DNA of 64,000 nucleotides from Gordius albopunctatus (Eukaryota). The notes beneath the pieces were generated by a model that had not been told where the DNA came from, did not search any database, and worked only from the letters and a program-made list of their open reading frames with translations. A program made the position numbers and the translations under genes. Numbering within the stretch: the first letter of the stretch is position 1; each line of letters begins with the position of its first letter. Positions 34,185-47,690 of this stretch are shown here, piece by piece. Where the stretch lies: NCBI GenBank assembly GCA_964276515.1, contig OZ193909.1, positions 11,842,001 through 11,906,000 on the forward strand. Reading direction: 5' to 3'.

Positions 34185-34682
34185 GGAACCAGGAAATAGA
34201 TATGCTCTAGAAATAGCGAAATTTAATTTGATCTCTAAGTATCATATGGTGGGGACGACTGAACGATTGGAAGATTTTATACGATTATTACAGCATACAG
34301 TACCGACTTTATTTCAGACCTCAGTAGCAAGTAAAACACTTTCCCAAAACTCAACAATTTTATCACGTAAGTCTATTCACATTTTTGTTGCTTACCTATA
34401 TATTATACTTTATATTTTATTTAAAAAATACTTATCAAATAATTATTTGATAATTGAATATTAGAAATACGCAAGACTAAGTTGAAGTATTATCCTAGCA
34501 ATAAAACGTTAACCATACTCAAATCAAGTGACGTATGGAAAATGGAAGAAGAATTTTATAACTTCTCGACAAGCATTTTTGATTATTATTATAACATAAC
34601 TAGTTTCTATAATTTTACCACTATTAATTATGGCAATATATTTCAGACATTCAAAAAAGCAACAAAACTTAAGACAATATGA
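34185..34682 (+). CDS. HS2ST1: Heparan sulfate 2-O-sulfotransferase, last two exons (34185-34366, 34465-34682 incl. stop)
   Basis: EPGNRYALEIAKFNLISKYHMVGTTERLEDFIRLL... and IRKTK...SSDVWKMEEEFYNF match the HS2ST C-terminus. Phases join 18068->34185 (ag+g) and 34366->34465 (c+aa). Confidence 0.9.
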
Positions 34683-35443
34683 TAAAAAATCTTCTCTTTA
34701 TACTACCTTGTTTAAAGTTGTGTAATTAATAAATTAATGTGCCAACTACTAATTATTTTATATTTAATAATTTAATTCTATTTGAAGTTATAAACATTCT
34801 AAAAACAGATATAAAATTTGAGATGTCATATTTTCCCAACCCGAGCATTGGGGAAATTTCCGAGAAAAAATAAGGGCAAGATAAGGGAATTTACGAGGAA
34901 ATAAAGGAATAATGGGAAAATTTAAAATAGTTCAATGTAGAGTGAACGAACAACTCAAAAAATAACAAAAACACTCAAAACAACACGCATTTAATATCTA
35001 TTTTAAAAATATTTATTGAGTAATTGCAACTTGCAAATATGCAACCAAATGATGATCTTGAAAACAAAAAATGTTGCATTTTTTAATTAGATGATTTATG
35101 TTATTGGTCTTATAATACGATGAGCTTTCGTCCAACGATGTGTTTATAATATAAAATGCTTGGACTACATCGGACAGAAATGCTCTATTCCCCTCTACCT
35201 GCAGTATTTTAGAATATATAAGGTTTAGGATGGGCAAAATAGTTTAAATAAAGCTCCAAAAGTTTTTGTTATCCACCAAATATTTCTTTTTATCTTCAAA
35301 ACTTTCACTGATTGTCATTTCTTAAAGAAGAGCTATATACGAAATCAAGCTGTCAAGCATGATAACAACCCAACTCAATCTAATAGGGCCTGGAACTTTC
35401 AATGAAACTGCCTTTCTTTTGAGAAATTGTTTTTCCTTTATAA

Positions 35444-37969
35444 TCTATATATATATATATAAATCTAAGTACCGTTTTTTTGTGCGCTAATAACTTTTGA
35501 AGTTCTCAACCGATTGCCACCAAAATTGGCCAGATTATTGCCTTAGCATTGTAAATGGTTTGTAAACACTTTTTATCACACTACGACAGCGGGAACCATG
35601 TTTTTTAATTTGGTTGGCGCCATCTAGCGGATTATTTATACTGCGTTGTTTGTACTTATTAATCGTTATGGTGCTACTTTTTGCCTTAAACTTTTTCCAT
35701 GATTGCTTTGTCATTTTTGTCTCAATTTTTTACTCAACTACGCCCGTTTTCTTTACAATATATAAATCTGTAACCAATAAATATTCTAGATACCGTAATA
35801 CATCACCATATACTTAAATAAATTAAACGCGCGCTTTTAGAAGAATTCCCACGTTTCGTGATTTTTTTCCATTTTTACAAAGTTCGAAGTAATATTTGCT
35901 CATTCCCACGTTTGTGATCTGTGACAGAAATCCATATATTTAATACAATTAAATTAACATTTGCACATTCACACGTTTGTGATCTGTGACAGGATAAGGT
36001 AAATTCATCATATTTAAAATCCATATATTTAATATAATTAAATTTTAATGGCAATGCAATGCTATCTTAAATGCTAATTTCATATTTATATCTTTTTAAT
36101 ATCCCAAAATGAAATAGCCGTGGCTCTTGCATCTTCCGGAATAGCTGCGACATTGTTGCCTGGTGGTAAAACTGCACATTCTGCTTTAAAATTGCCTTTA
36201 AACATTCATTATAGTGAAACTCCCATGTGCAACGTTTCACGAGTATCTGGAATGGGTAAAGTATTAGAAAGGTGCAAACTTATCGTGTGGGATGAATGCA
36301 CAATGGCCCATAAAAAATCTTTCGAAGCTCTAGATCGTTCTTTGCAAGATTTGCGGCGCGATTCCAGACCTTTTGGTGGCGCATTTTTATTGCTTGCAGG
36401 AGATTTTAAGGAAACTTTACCAGTGCTTCCTCGATTAACCCCTGCTGACGAGATCAATGCTTGCCTTAAATATTCTATTTTGTGGCCTTACGTCAAAACC
36501 TTAAATTTAACTACTAATATGCGTGTAGTGTTACAAAATAAACAAGCATGTGAGTTATTCTCCCATCAATTGCTAGAAATTCGAAACGGAACCGTGCCCG
36601 TTGATATAAACTCAGGACGGATTTCATTTCCTACTAACTTATGCCATTTTGTGCCTTCCAAAACAGCTTTGGTGGAAAACGTTTTTCCAAATATTAACAC
36701 CCATTATCTAGATCCAATTTCGCTCCGTCAACGGGCAATTCTCGCCCCAAAGAATAAAAACGTCCACGAACTTAACAATCTCATTCTGTCTACCATTCAC
36801 AGCAGTCCTGTCACCTACAAGTCGGTTGACACTGTTGTTAGTGCTGATGACGCTGTTAATTATTCGATCGAATTTTTAAATTCGCTAGATCTTCCAGGCA
36901 TACCACCACACGTTTTGCATTTGAAAATTGGGGTACCGATTATCATGTTGCGCAATATTAATCAGCCAAAAATTTGCAATGGCACACGTCTTGCTATTAA
37001 ACGCTTAATGTGCAACGTTGTTGAGGCCACGATTTTGACTGGACCTTTCACGGGAGAAGATGTCTTCATACCACGGATCCCTTTAATTCCAACAGATATG
37101 CCCTTTGAATTTAAAAGATTGCAATTTCTTTTCAAACTCGCATTTGCTATAACCATTAACAAAGCTCAAGGCCAGTCCCTTGAAATTTGTGGAATCGATT
37201 TAGAAACAGATTGCTTCTCACATGGACAATTATATGTTGCATGTTCGCGCGTCGGCAATCCACTAAATCTCTATATATACACAGAAAATAACATGACCAA
37301 AAATATTGTCTATCCCCAAACATTATAGCAATTTTTTCCTTTTTAAGGCAGAAGTTAAGCTGCGAAGCATCTCTTACCCTAACCTACAACCCTCTTTATA
37401 ATGCCACACTACTTTTCTGCATGAATAATTAAAGTTAGTGTCATTTCTATTTATCCACTTATAACTTTAAGCAATTACCATCAAAGCCCATTGATTTTAT
37501 ATTTCTTTTAGCATTTCTCCTTTTTTTATTACGCCAGAGTATTATAACCAAATTTGACGAGACATTCACAAGAAGCTATAATACTGTACGTGTATTACCT
37601 TATTCTTCATAAGACCTATCATTGGTTTACCCTTTATCCATCAACTTTCCCTTGCAGGTTTTATTTTCCTATTTACATCATTTTTTACATTATACTTTCA
37701 GCCAAAATCTTCATGCAGCTCTTTATTACCCATACATGATTATAAGCTTTTTATATTTTAATGCTTATATATTCTTATGAATTATTAATAAATATTTTAT
37801 ATCGCTCTTAAATGAATATTATGGATATTTATTTGCATTAGCATTCGGACCTTTCACATTATAAATTATTTCATATATGACCCCATTTTAGATAAGTCTT
37901 ATTAATAGGTTATACTTATTTAACCACTTAAGGACTGAGCCAAAGCAACGCTTGGCCGGGCACAGCTAG
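35444..37969 (+). mobile_element. Helitron (non-autonomous, carries a PIF1 helicase fragment)
   Basis: A|TC(TA)n 5' end at 35444; 3' ccaaagcaacgcttgg hairpin and CTAG at 37966-37969. Confidence 0.9.
36120..37328 (+). CDS. Helitron PIF1-family helicase, C-terminal fragment (no Rep domain, no Walker A)
   Basis: ASSGIAATLL, TAHS, WDECTM, PFGG..GDF, LRNINQP..CNGTRL, AFAITINKAQGQS and FSHGQLYVACSRV motifs. Confidence 0.9.
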   Translation: MALASSGIAATLLPGGKTAHSALKLPLNIHYSETPMCNVSRVSGMGKVLERCKLIVWDECTMAHKKSFEALDRSLQDLRRDSRPFGGAFLLLAGDFKETLPVLPRLTPADEINACLKYSILWPYVKTLNLTTNMRVVLQNKQACELFSHQLLEIRNGTVPVDINSGRISFPTNLCHFVPSKTALVENVFPNINTHYLDPISLRQRAILAPKNKNVHELNNLILSTIHSSPVTYKSVDTVVSADDAVNYSIEFLNSLDLPGIPPHVLHLKIGVPIIMLRNINQPKICNGTRLAIKRLMCNVVEATILTGPFTGEDVFIPRIPLIPTDMPFEFKRLQFLFKLAFAITINKAQGQSLEICGIDLETDCFSHGQLYVACSRVGNPLNLYIYTENNMTKNIVYPQTL

Positions 37970-37991
37970 TCTATATATATAAAGTAAAGTC

Positions 37992-38026
<35 letters not shown>

Positions 38027-39082
38027 ATGTATGTATGTAATGGCTAATCTCTGAAACTACCGGCCCGATTCGCGCGAAAATTTAACTAATAGCTTTTTCA
38101 GATTCCTAAAATACCTTTTCGTTTTAAAAATATCGCATATTTCCCGGCCATTTTAATTTAGAGCAGCATATACAATAATGACGTCATATATACAAGGCTG
38201 AAGTTTTCTCGAATTAGATATTTAAAAGTATAATAAAAATGTTACAGTATACGGTCAAAATTATTTGGGTTTAATTAACTATTTAAATTAAATAAATAAA
38301 ATTTAAATTAATAGCTTTTGCAGAATCCTAAAATTCCTTTTAGTTTTAAAAAAGGGATAAATTCTGAAACTACCGGCCCAATTCGCTCGCAACTTTACCC
38401 GTAGGTTCCCGGGGCGGCCAGGGGTAAAATAGCTTTTTCAGGTTCCTAAAATACCTTTTCGTTTTAAAAACATCGGACATTTCTCGGCCAGTTTCATTTA
38501 TAGCAACATATACAATAATGACGTCATGCATACAAGGCTGAAGTTTTCTCGCATTAGATATTTAAAAGTATAATCAATATGTTACAGTATACGGTCAAAA
38601 TTATTGGGGTTTAACAAACTATTTAAATTAAATAAATAATATTTAAATTATTATCACGTGGTCGATCATAGAAGCATATTTTTAATAATTATCTATCCTT
38701 CAATTAATTATTTTATCATATTAAAGAAAATTGTATTTCAAATAAATCAGCTAACTAGAAAAATAAAATAATGGTATTGTTGTATAATAAGTAACAGCAT
38801 TGATCAGCAATTTTTTCAAAAAGATTTAATTTTAGTCGAATTTGATGACTAAAACAGAATTCGCATTTGGTTTGTCTTATTATATATATACTATAAAAAT
38901 AGTGCGTTCATAAAATCCATGACGTGATAAAATTAGTGCTCTAAATAAATATTATGGATATTTTATTTATTTGAATTATTATTTCATATATGACCCCATT
39001 TTAGATAAGTCGTATTAATAGGTTATACTTATTTAACCACTTAAGGACTGAGCCAAAGCAACGCTTGGCAGGGCACAGCTAG
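37970..39082 (+). mobile_element. Second non-autonomous Helitron directly abutting the first
   Basis: Starts TC(TA)n immediately after CTAG. Internal duplication (38051 vs 38364). Same 3' end as the first Helitron, with CTAG|T at 39079-39083. Confidence 0.88.
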
Positions 39083-40034
39083 TTGATGTATAAATTGAAA
39101 TGCGCTATACATTTATGGTAATTTTCTTGGCTTTATTAGTCATACTATGTATAACTTCATGTTTTCAACAAAAACTTTTTGATGAGTAGATTTCAGACAT
39201 GGGCTACGCACCCAAACATTCAAGTGCGGTATAATTAGCTTTTAAAGGATCCCAAGATTATTTTATGTTGGCTGCATTATCTGTAACAACCAACTAATTT
39301 TCCTTTGCCAATTTGTTGTATTTTTTTAAATTATTTCTTAACAAATATATTCTCAGATGTGATGGTTAGAACCTGTTTTTACACATCCTATTAATATATA
39401 GGTCGCAGTCATAACTATAAAATTGATTATCTTTTCTCGGCGCAATATAAACATCACTTATTAATGTCATATTTGCGCGTTGATTTAACTTGATAGTAAC
39501 AAGATCCTTAATATTTTTATAATGGTAATTTAATAAAGTAGTACTAAACATTATTCTTTATAAAACTTTTTAAGAAGTCCTTAGTAACTTAAAAATTTTT
39601 CCCAATAAACTAATCATAAAATATTGGACATGATATTAAAATATTATTACTTAATTGAATATTTTAATTAAAAATGTATCAATAATTATTTGTGCTATGC
39701 AATTTTTTATTTTCCCATTTTATATATGAGATATATTTTCTTTAGGAAATTTTATAATTGGGAATTATTGTAAGTAAATATATAAATTGAAATAAATAAT
39801 TTGGTTATTTTAATTCAATTCAAACAGCGGTCATTAGTTATTTGTAGACAACTTTTTTCCATAATTGTAGTTTTTTATTATATAGCAACATGTTGGACAC
39901 AACACTACACGATCGGATCGAAGCTAGCCAGATAAATAATCAAAAGGCTAAACGTTTAAAAAAGACAATATTGATTTTAATGTAATGATGAAAGAGTTTA
40001 AAGCGATTCAGTTTTGAGTATTATGAAGGAAGGG

Positions 40035-40316
40035 GAATCTGGTGCAAAATCTAATATGTGCAAAATCTAATAATGTAATATTCGCATTTTAGAAATTGAG
40101 ACCGGTTTTCACGCATATTCATCATGCGCATGTAATATGTACTAAAAAACTACGTAATAAAAGGATACTATAATTTTTAATTGAAACAAAATAAGTTATA
40201 TCAAAATGTATAATACTATTTTATAAATAAATACATATTATCAAATAAATCACTAAATCTAACCCTAACCCTTGCCTATATTACATTTTGCACATATTAG
40301 ATTTTGCACAGAAGTG
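40035..40316. mobile_element. MITE, uninterrupted copy of the 1830-4511 element
   Basis: 8-bp TSD aggaaggg; near-identical to 1830-2106. Confidence 0.88.
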
Positions 40317-40497
40317 AGGAAGGGCCCGATTAAGGACGGGTGATAACCGCGATTTATATGCCAATGCAATTTATGTAATAGAGTCTAATTTAAAGGTTCA
40401 ATGTAATTTGACCTCATTTATACCTATCTCGATTAGCATGTGACAAGAAAATTAACTATGCCATATTGATGAGCTCCAATATGACGGAAAAAGTTAT

Positions 40498-43400
40498 TGT
40501 GAAGGAATAAGAAGAAGAATATATTCACGAACAAAGGAATAACATCACCAACAACACAAACCACACTTTCTTACCAGGATAGCGCGACACGACAAAAATT
40601 AAAAAATTGGCAAAATAGGAACAAATGAACTACAAAACTAACATTGTTACACTAAGAATAACGAAATATAAAATAATACATTAATCGAAATATTACACAA
40701 ACGTAATCACAATCTTTCAAACCTCAACACTTCCTCCCTTTTCACAGCTATAATGCTTTAGATATCCTGGGGCTTGTCGAATATCGTTGGAGGTTCCTCC
40801 CTAGGTGTATCAGTCCGGCTTTGGCTTAATATTTCCGGTTGATTTCGCTCCGCCGTTTCCCTTTGGGCTATCTGCTGGGAGCTTTTTTACTAATTCATAT
40901 TGGGCCAACCGTTCTCTTGACTCAGACTGGTCCAATCAAGCGCTTTTCGTTCTATTATTTGATCCAGGTGTCTGTGGTGCCTTTTACCTTGAGCCCACAC
41001 TATGTAGGAGCGACTACGAAATTTGGCTGCTATAGATCTCTCTACCCATTTGCTGGGCCCCAAAAACATGCCTACCCAAACCTTGTCTCCCACGCCGAAC
41101 GTACGAGATTTTCCGCTTTCTATCCAATGTTGAGGTTCGATTTCCCTTTACACCTCCCACTCCGTTCGAATTTTTTGCCTTAACATTCCTTCAGCAGGAG
41201 GTATCCCCGTCGCTGGGTCGATTGTAGCCCTGTAATTTTTTAGGAATAACCTTAAATCAATACCAGAATTGTTGAGGATCACCGCCTTTTTTCCTAGCCG
41301 GACGTACCTCTCCGCTAATCCATTTGATGCGGGGTGATAAGGTGCTGACCAGCCTTGTTTTATCCCCTTGCACCTACGTAATCCTCAAATTTCCTGAATT
41401 CTAAACTGCGAACCGCTATCCGATATAAGGACTGGTGGGTTACCAAACCTCGCGAACACCTCAGCCAGCTTTGTGGTTATGGTTGCGCTTAACGTATCTT
41501 TTAACTTAAAAACCGCCAACCATTTTGTTCCATTGTCGACCAATACTAACAAATCCACGTTTACCTAATTCCAAGGCTTAAAGTTTTGCCCATCCTTGCT
41601 CAACGACGCTCTTTTTGGTGGTGCGGCCGTGGAGTTGCATGACCTGCAACTTTTCGCTAGGTTTGCGATATCTTGAATCAGTGTTGGCTACCGCACATAT
41701 TGGGCTGCTACTTGTTGCATTCGCTAGACGCCCACGTGGACCTTGTGTAATCGTTGTAACACGGTGTACCTTAATCTGGCTGGAATGAGCACCCGTTGTC
41801 CCTTGAAGAATACTACATCATCAGACTTGTGTAACTTTGGCAGGTACCTTTCGTAAAGGCGCATAGTACCCACGACTACTGCACCATTTTGCGTCCCCAT
41901 TATCCATTCTTTGAGTTGTTGCAAGTTGGTATCACCATGAGTATATTCCAGGACCATCTGGAGTGATAAGAATGAGTGTGGGGCATCCTCCAACAATTTC
42001 TCGGTAACTTGATAGGCATGTTCACTTGCCTGGACAAAAAGTCGGCAGCGTTATCCTTACACTTATTGTAAACAAATTTGGCCCCGTAACCCGATACAAA
42101 TAGCGCCCACCGTGTAAGACGATGGGGCCATTATTCCTTCCCTCTCTTGCCATAATCAAATATGTAAATCAACGGCTTGTGGTCCGATCATATGATGATC
42201 TCTCTCCCCTGAACAAAATCTTTACAACTTTTTAGTCGGTAGACGGCGGCTAATGCCTCGCGTTCGATCGTAGGAGATCGCCCCTCTACCTCGCTTAGGG
42301 CTCTTGACGTGTACGCCACCACTCTCCACCTCGCGGTCGCTGTTGCAAAATTGCCCCTAGACCTTTTCCCGAAGCATCAACTACTAACCCCGTCTTCCAA
42401 TCTATGTTGAAATATGCTAATACTGGTGCGGTCACGAGCACACTCTTGATGTTCCCGGAAGCTAACTGTTGCTCTTCACCCCAGTGGAAGACTACGTTGG
42501 CCTTTGTTAACCATTGGATCGGTTGTATTAACTGGGCGTAATTTTTGATAAACTTTGCGAAGTACGATGTTAGTCCCAAAAAGGATTTAACTTCTTCTTG
42601 CTAGTTAGCTGTCCCCAATCGACAACCACCTTAATCTTCTCATCATTCACCTTTATTCCATTGTTGCTAATGATGTATCCCAAGAACGTCACTTGTGTTG
42701 CACCAATTACCCTTTTGGAAAAGTTTGGGCTAACCGTATTTGTGCAACGTGACGACGTGGTGAGCTATTTATGCAATCGGCTATTGTGGACCTCCTCTCA
42801 ATCCCCCACTATCAATAAATTGTCAATGTATATCACTACAACTTCCATGCCACCAAATAATTGATCCATTGTTTTCTTGAAAATGGCCGCCGCACAATTA
42901 AGTCCAAAAGGTATTCGCTTGACTCTAAAAAGTCCCTTGTGAGTTGAAATTGTTAGATAGAGGCTTGTTTCTCAGCTCACACTTAATTGGTGGTGCGCCT
43001 TGGCAAGTTCAATTTTCGTGAAGCATGATGCGTTTTCTAACTTGGTGAGCAAATCGTCAATTTTGGGAAGAGGGTACAGTAATCCATGCGCATATTTGTT
43101 GACCCTAAAGCGATAGTCGATGCAAAGTCTAAGTTTTCCGTCATTCTTTCGAACTGACACCAACGGGCTTGCCCAATGGGAATACTCGACTGGTGAAATC
43201 ACGTCGTCTTTCACACACTTATTCAACTCTTCATAGACCTCCCTCCTCCATGCTAAGGGAATTCGACACGGGGGGATGAACACCGGCTTGACCTCGTTTT
43301 CTATTGGTATATCGACTTCAATGCCCCTCACCGCCTGTGGAGTCGCATTCTTCTGGATTGCCATCTGTCTAATCGCATCATCGATGTCACTCCTTGTTAT

Positions 43401-43590
43401 CGCCGGCTCCCTCGCGCTTTGATTGTCGATAAAGTTAATGCGATAGCGGTCCATCGCTACCCTCGAGTTCCACCGCACCTTTTCCCATATCTCTCTCTCG
43501 AATTCCTGTCAGCCATTAATAGTGGCAGCATTTTCCGTGTCTGACCTAGTCGGGCCTCGACCTTCATGTCGGCGATTATCCTTTTTTTCT
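40498..43590 (-). mobile_element. Degenerate Gypsy LTR retrotransposon (RT-RNase H-integrase, PPT, 3' LTR 40498-40729)
   Basis: WASPLVSVRK..LRLCIDY, VVDASGKGLGA and LH..H.G fragments. PPT aaaagggaggaag before a TG...CA LTR. Confidence 0.88.
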
Positions 43591-44438
43591 TGTTCCCATA
43601 TCTCTGAGACGGTTGGCGTGGGTTCTGCCATGGTCCCCCCCCCATTCCCTCTTTTACCTTCACTAACCCAGATCCCGGAGGGGGAAAAGGGTAAGAAAAG
43701 GGGGGGGGGCAAATCCCCCTCTGTTAGGGTTTTGGGGGATGGAATGATTTTGGGTAAGGAAGAGGGTAATGACTCACTGTGGGAGTAAGAGAGGGTAAAA
43801 AGAGGGGGGGGAGCAAATCCCCTCTTTGGGTGAGTGATAGGGTGGGGGGGTTAATAAGAGGCTAATCGCAGGTGGTGGGCAAATCCCCCCTTTGAGTGAG
43901 TGATAGAATAGGGGGAAGTGAAGAAGAAGGTAATCTTGGGGTTGGGTGTAGGGGGTGGGTAACTTGACGTATAAAGAAGAAACTAAAAACACATTTATGT
44001 TCGTCGTGAAAAACTCTACCAGAATCTGCAAATTTATTTTACAAGTCCATTATTTGTTTACCAGTGTTATCAATTTTATTGTTAAATTATTATTTTAGTA
44101 ATCATCAAACTCCCTTTTGCCTAAATTTGTCAATTTAGTTGTGGGATTATTTTTACCCATGTCTTAAAATTTTAATCAGTCTTTTATCCACACGACAATC
44201 CGCTACCATTCGAGCACATTTACTGATCACCTTGTACAGGTGTGTTTCGGTTTTTAGGCATCCGTCCGACACAAAGATAACCCAATTAAAATCTATCTAA
44301 GATAACCCAATAAAAATCAGAGATAAAATTTCAAAATAACTGAATTACAAACAAGACATAAAAACTTAATTCTATATTTACAATAAATAATAATTATTCA
44401 AAGTTTTTTCGACAACAATTAATAATAAGTAATTTTTT

Positions 44439-45070
44439 TAGTTTAAACATTATAATATTACTAATTATATATATATTAGCATCAAAGTTTTAATTTAAAT
44501 GTGAATTTTATTATTAATTGATGAACTAAAATAAAATCATAATTGAATGTTTTATAATTGTATGAGAATCACTTCCGCATTATATATATATACCATTTTT
44601 ATACAATATTTTTGCATATATTCTATACCATTTCCAAACAGAAAAAAATAGTCTTAATTCATAATAACTTATTGCTTTTTTAAGTTTAGACATTATAATA
44701 TTACTAATTGTGTATATTAGCATCGAAACTTTATTATTTATTGATGAATTTATAGAAAGTTGTAATTGTATGTTATATAATCGAATGTTAATCACTTCCA
44801 CATTATCTTTTAAGTCTAAACATTATAATATTACTTATTGTATATTGGAATGTAAACTTTATTATTTATTGATGAGTTGAAACAAAGTTATAATTGTATG
44901 TTATATAATTGAATGTTAATTACTTCCACATTATCTTTTAAGCCTAAACATTATAATATTACTTATTGTATATTGGAATTTAAACTTTATTATTTATTGA
45001 TGAATTGAAACAAAGTTATAATTGTATGTTATATAATTGAATTTTAATTACTTCCACATTATAAATATAG
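44439..45070 (+). repeat. AT-rich tandem repeats of about 128 bp; further partial unit at 45247/47039-47170
   Basis: taagt(c/t)taaacattataatattac...cacttccacattat units at about 44439, 44681, 44811 and 44939. Confidence 0.75.
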
Positions 45071-45256
45071 CATTTCTATACAATATTTTACATACCTATC
45101 ATTTATAATGATATCCTATACATTTAGGGATATTTTTAACAAACTTTGCAAGAGCAACTCCAATATGTCAGAATCAACATTTAATCTAAGATAAATAATA
45201 AACATTTGAAGTTTTTTGAATAATTATTAATACAAAGTACTTTTTTAAGTTTATAC

Positions 45257-47038
45257 CATAGACTAATAAAACTATAGACTGCCGAACAGCTGATCTTTGC
45301 ATTGAAATTTATTTAGCAACTCAGGCCGCCATTACTTTAGCCCACCAATATGCCCACTTGTGAAATAAAAAATTATAAAAGGCACTTTTTGAGGGAAGAT
45401 TCTGTACCAACATTAAATTTGGATCAAGTAATCAAATTATTTTATGGTTATTTTAGTGAGTCATCTTTTTATGCTTTGTTTTTAATAAATAATTTATTAT
45501 AATTTAAATGAACTTCAAGCTTAATGATTATATTATTTTTTACACAAGATCATGTAGATGCTGCAATATGTAAAGCTAGTATCCCTGTATATGCCTGGAA
45601 AAAAGAAACAGACAAATAATTATATGATGTATTGAACAGGTATGTATATATAGTTTTGATTTTTTTATGTTTATATATTGAAGAACTTGTTTTTCAAAGT
45701 TAATTAACCTTTAAATTTAATTTTGGATGATGGTAATAATCTAACATAATTGGTCCATGACATGCATATTTGGCAGTATATTAGCTTTAAATGTTATGGT
45801 TTTAAAAACATTCATGATATTTACATTTTAAATTTTCTAGACTTAAAATGATATTTTATTGATCATAAATTAATAAGATATAAAATTTTTTTTATTTTAG
45901 AGTTTTGCTTTGATTTAATCATTATTTCAATAATTAATTCAATTTTATTTTTTAGTTTTTTGATGGGTTTTACAAGTCTTTATCAATCAGATTCAGAGGT
46001 TTAATTATCTGTAATTTTAAAATGGGAACTAGTTTAAACCTTAAGTTTTCATTTATATTATTTCATATGCTTTCTAATTGAAAAGAATGCTATAAGGCCT
46101 CATCTTGATTTTACGCTGTTTTGAATTATATAAATTAATTCTTATATAATATTTTAAAGGTGTGTGAATGTGGGCAAAGGGATTGTATATAAACTGCTGC
46201 CAGGAGCAAAGACTGCATAGCCTATAAACATAGACCAATCTGAAGACATGTTGTGATTTGTAAAGCCAGCCAATTAAAAAACTTGTATATGAATGGTTTT
46301 ATATGAATATATGCATGAATTGTATTGTAATTTATATTTATTTTTATACTTGTGAAATAAACTTCTAAAAGTTCTTAGACTTTTTATAGAAATATATTAT
46401 TATAGATCTGGAATGGAGATCATTAAATCATTTACAAATTTTTATTACATGAATCATCAATTACTACACAAATAAAAATTTTGCTTTATAATTTTTTAAA
46501 TAATTTGAACTAACAATTTAAAACTTACATTTTTTTAATCAATAGAAGTTTATTTCCAAATAATTATGTATGTTATATGTTTGGCAAAAATAAAATAAAA
46601 CTTAATTTTTAAGGGTCAATATTTTTTAGATTACAATTGATTAATATTTTACGCTTGTAAAATTTATGTGTAGTTAAATTTTATATATAGAAAACCTATT
46701 ATGTTAAATCTAATGCTAATGTTTAATAGCGTGTATAAAATATAGTATAGATGGCGCTAATTTTACTTTTAACGATTTTATATTTTTTCCTTGTAGATAT
46801 AGAAGTTCTACACAAGTTTAAATGTTTTCAATGTTGTTAATTTATTCTTTTACTTTTTGTTTGGGCTTTTGTAAGCTTATATTAGCTTGATATAAATTTA
46901 TAAAATAAATATTAAAATCCAGCGAAATAAATAGCGCACATAGCGCTTAAATAGTTTATGAGACGAAAGTAATGGCGGACTACACCCTTACTTAAAAATT
47001 CTCGACTGTTCGGCAGTCTATAGTTTTATTAGTCTATG
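45257..47038 (+). mobile_element. P-element-type non-autonomous element
   Basis: 33-bp perfect TIR catagactaataaaactatagactgccgaacag; TSD gtttatac / gtttagac. THAP-end-like KRHFLREDSVPTLNL at about 45377-45425. Confidence 0.85.
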
Positions 47039-47690
47039 GTTTAGACATTATATTATTTCTAATTGTATATATTAGAATGTAAACTTTATTACTTATTGAT
47101 TAATTGAAATGAAATAAAGTTATAATTGTATGTTAATCACTTCCACATTATCTTTTAAGTTTAAACACTTTAACTTGCAATACTTCAAACAATCTGAATA
47201 ACAAATGTCTTAAGGTATGTTATTAATTTTCAATCTTAATATCTTTAGGATCATCATGCAATAATTCAAATAACAATTTAATTAAAGTTATATACAAATT
47301 AGGTTCTCTTGAAGATGCACATTTATTTCTAGAAGCCCTTCGAGGACTTCAAGACAATCATTAAAGTAAATACCTTTAGATATTAGTTTTAATATAATTT
47401 TTAGTCAATGAGCTTGAATTTTTGAAAGCAAAGACCAAAACTAAATTCAATTTGCTTCACATCTCTCAGAGGAAAAGAATTTATTCAATAAATAAATAAA
47501 ACTCACTTATATATGATCATATTTGTTAAGGGCTGATATTTATTAACATAAACTATTAGGAGTGGGATACCTAAAACACGAGAAAAAGTGTCCTGGTGTA
47601 TATAACCAACGCATTTATAAGTTACAACCATAGACTTCATAGATATATTTTCGGGAATTGTCGAGGGTGTTAAAAAATTATTGTAGTAAA

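Larger units (their letters stand above)
34990..39560 (-). pseudogene. Decayed hAT (DUF659-type) transposase, split by the tandem Helitrons
   Basis: Fragments ISD.., IINFIV, VTDNAANIK and GCVAH (39100-39550), then SLKVP...VVIMLDSL...EMTIS...FW...VEGNRAFLSDV (35013-35443). Many stops. Confidence 0.7.

Noticed and set aside
34024..34464. 146-aa ORF as a standalone gene
   Set aside because: It is a chimera of MITE sequence, intron and the HS2ST exon 34185-34366.
35013..35237. Minus-strand host gene convergent with HS2ST
   Set aside because: The upstream in-frame sequence has stops and resembles a DUF659-type hAT transposase.
36120..37328. Cellular PIF1 helicase gene
   Set aside because: It is intronless, N-terminally truncated and enclosed by Helitron TC/CTAG termini.
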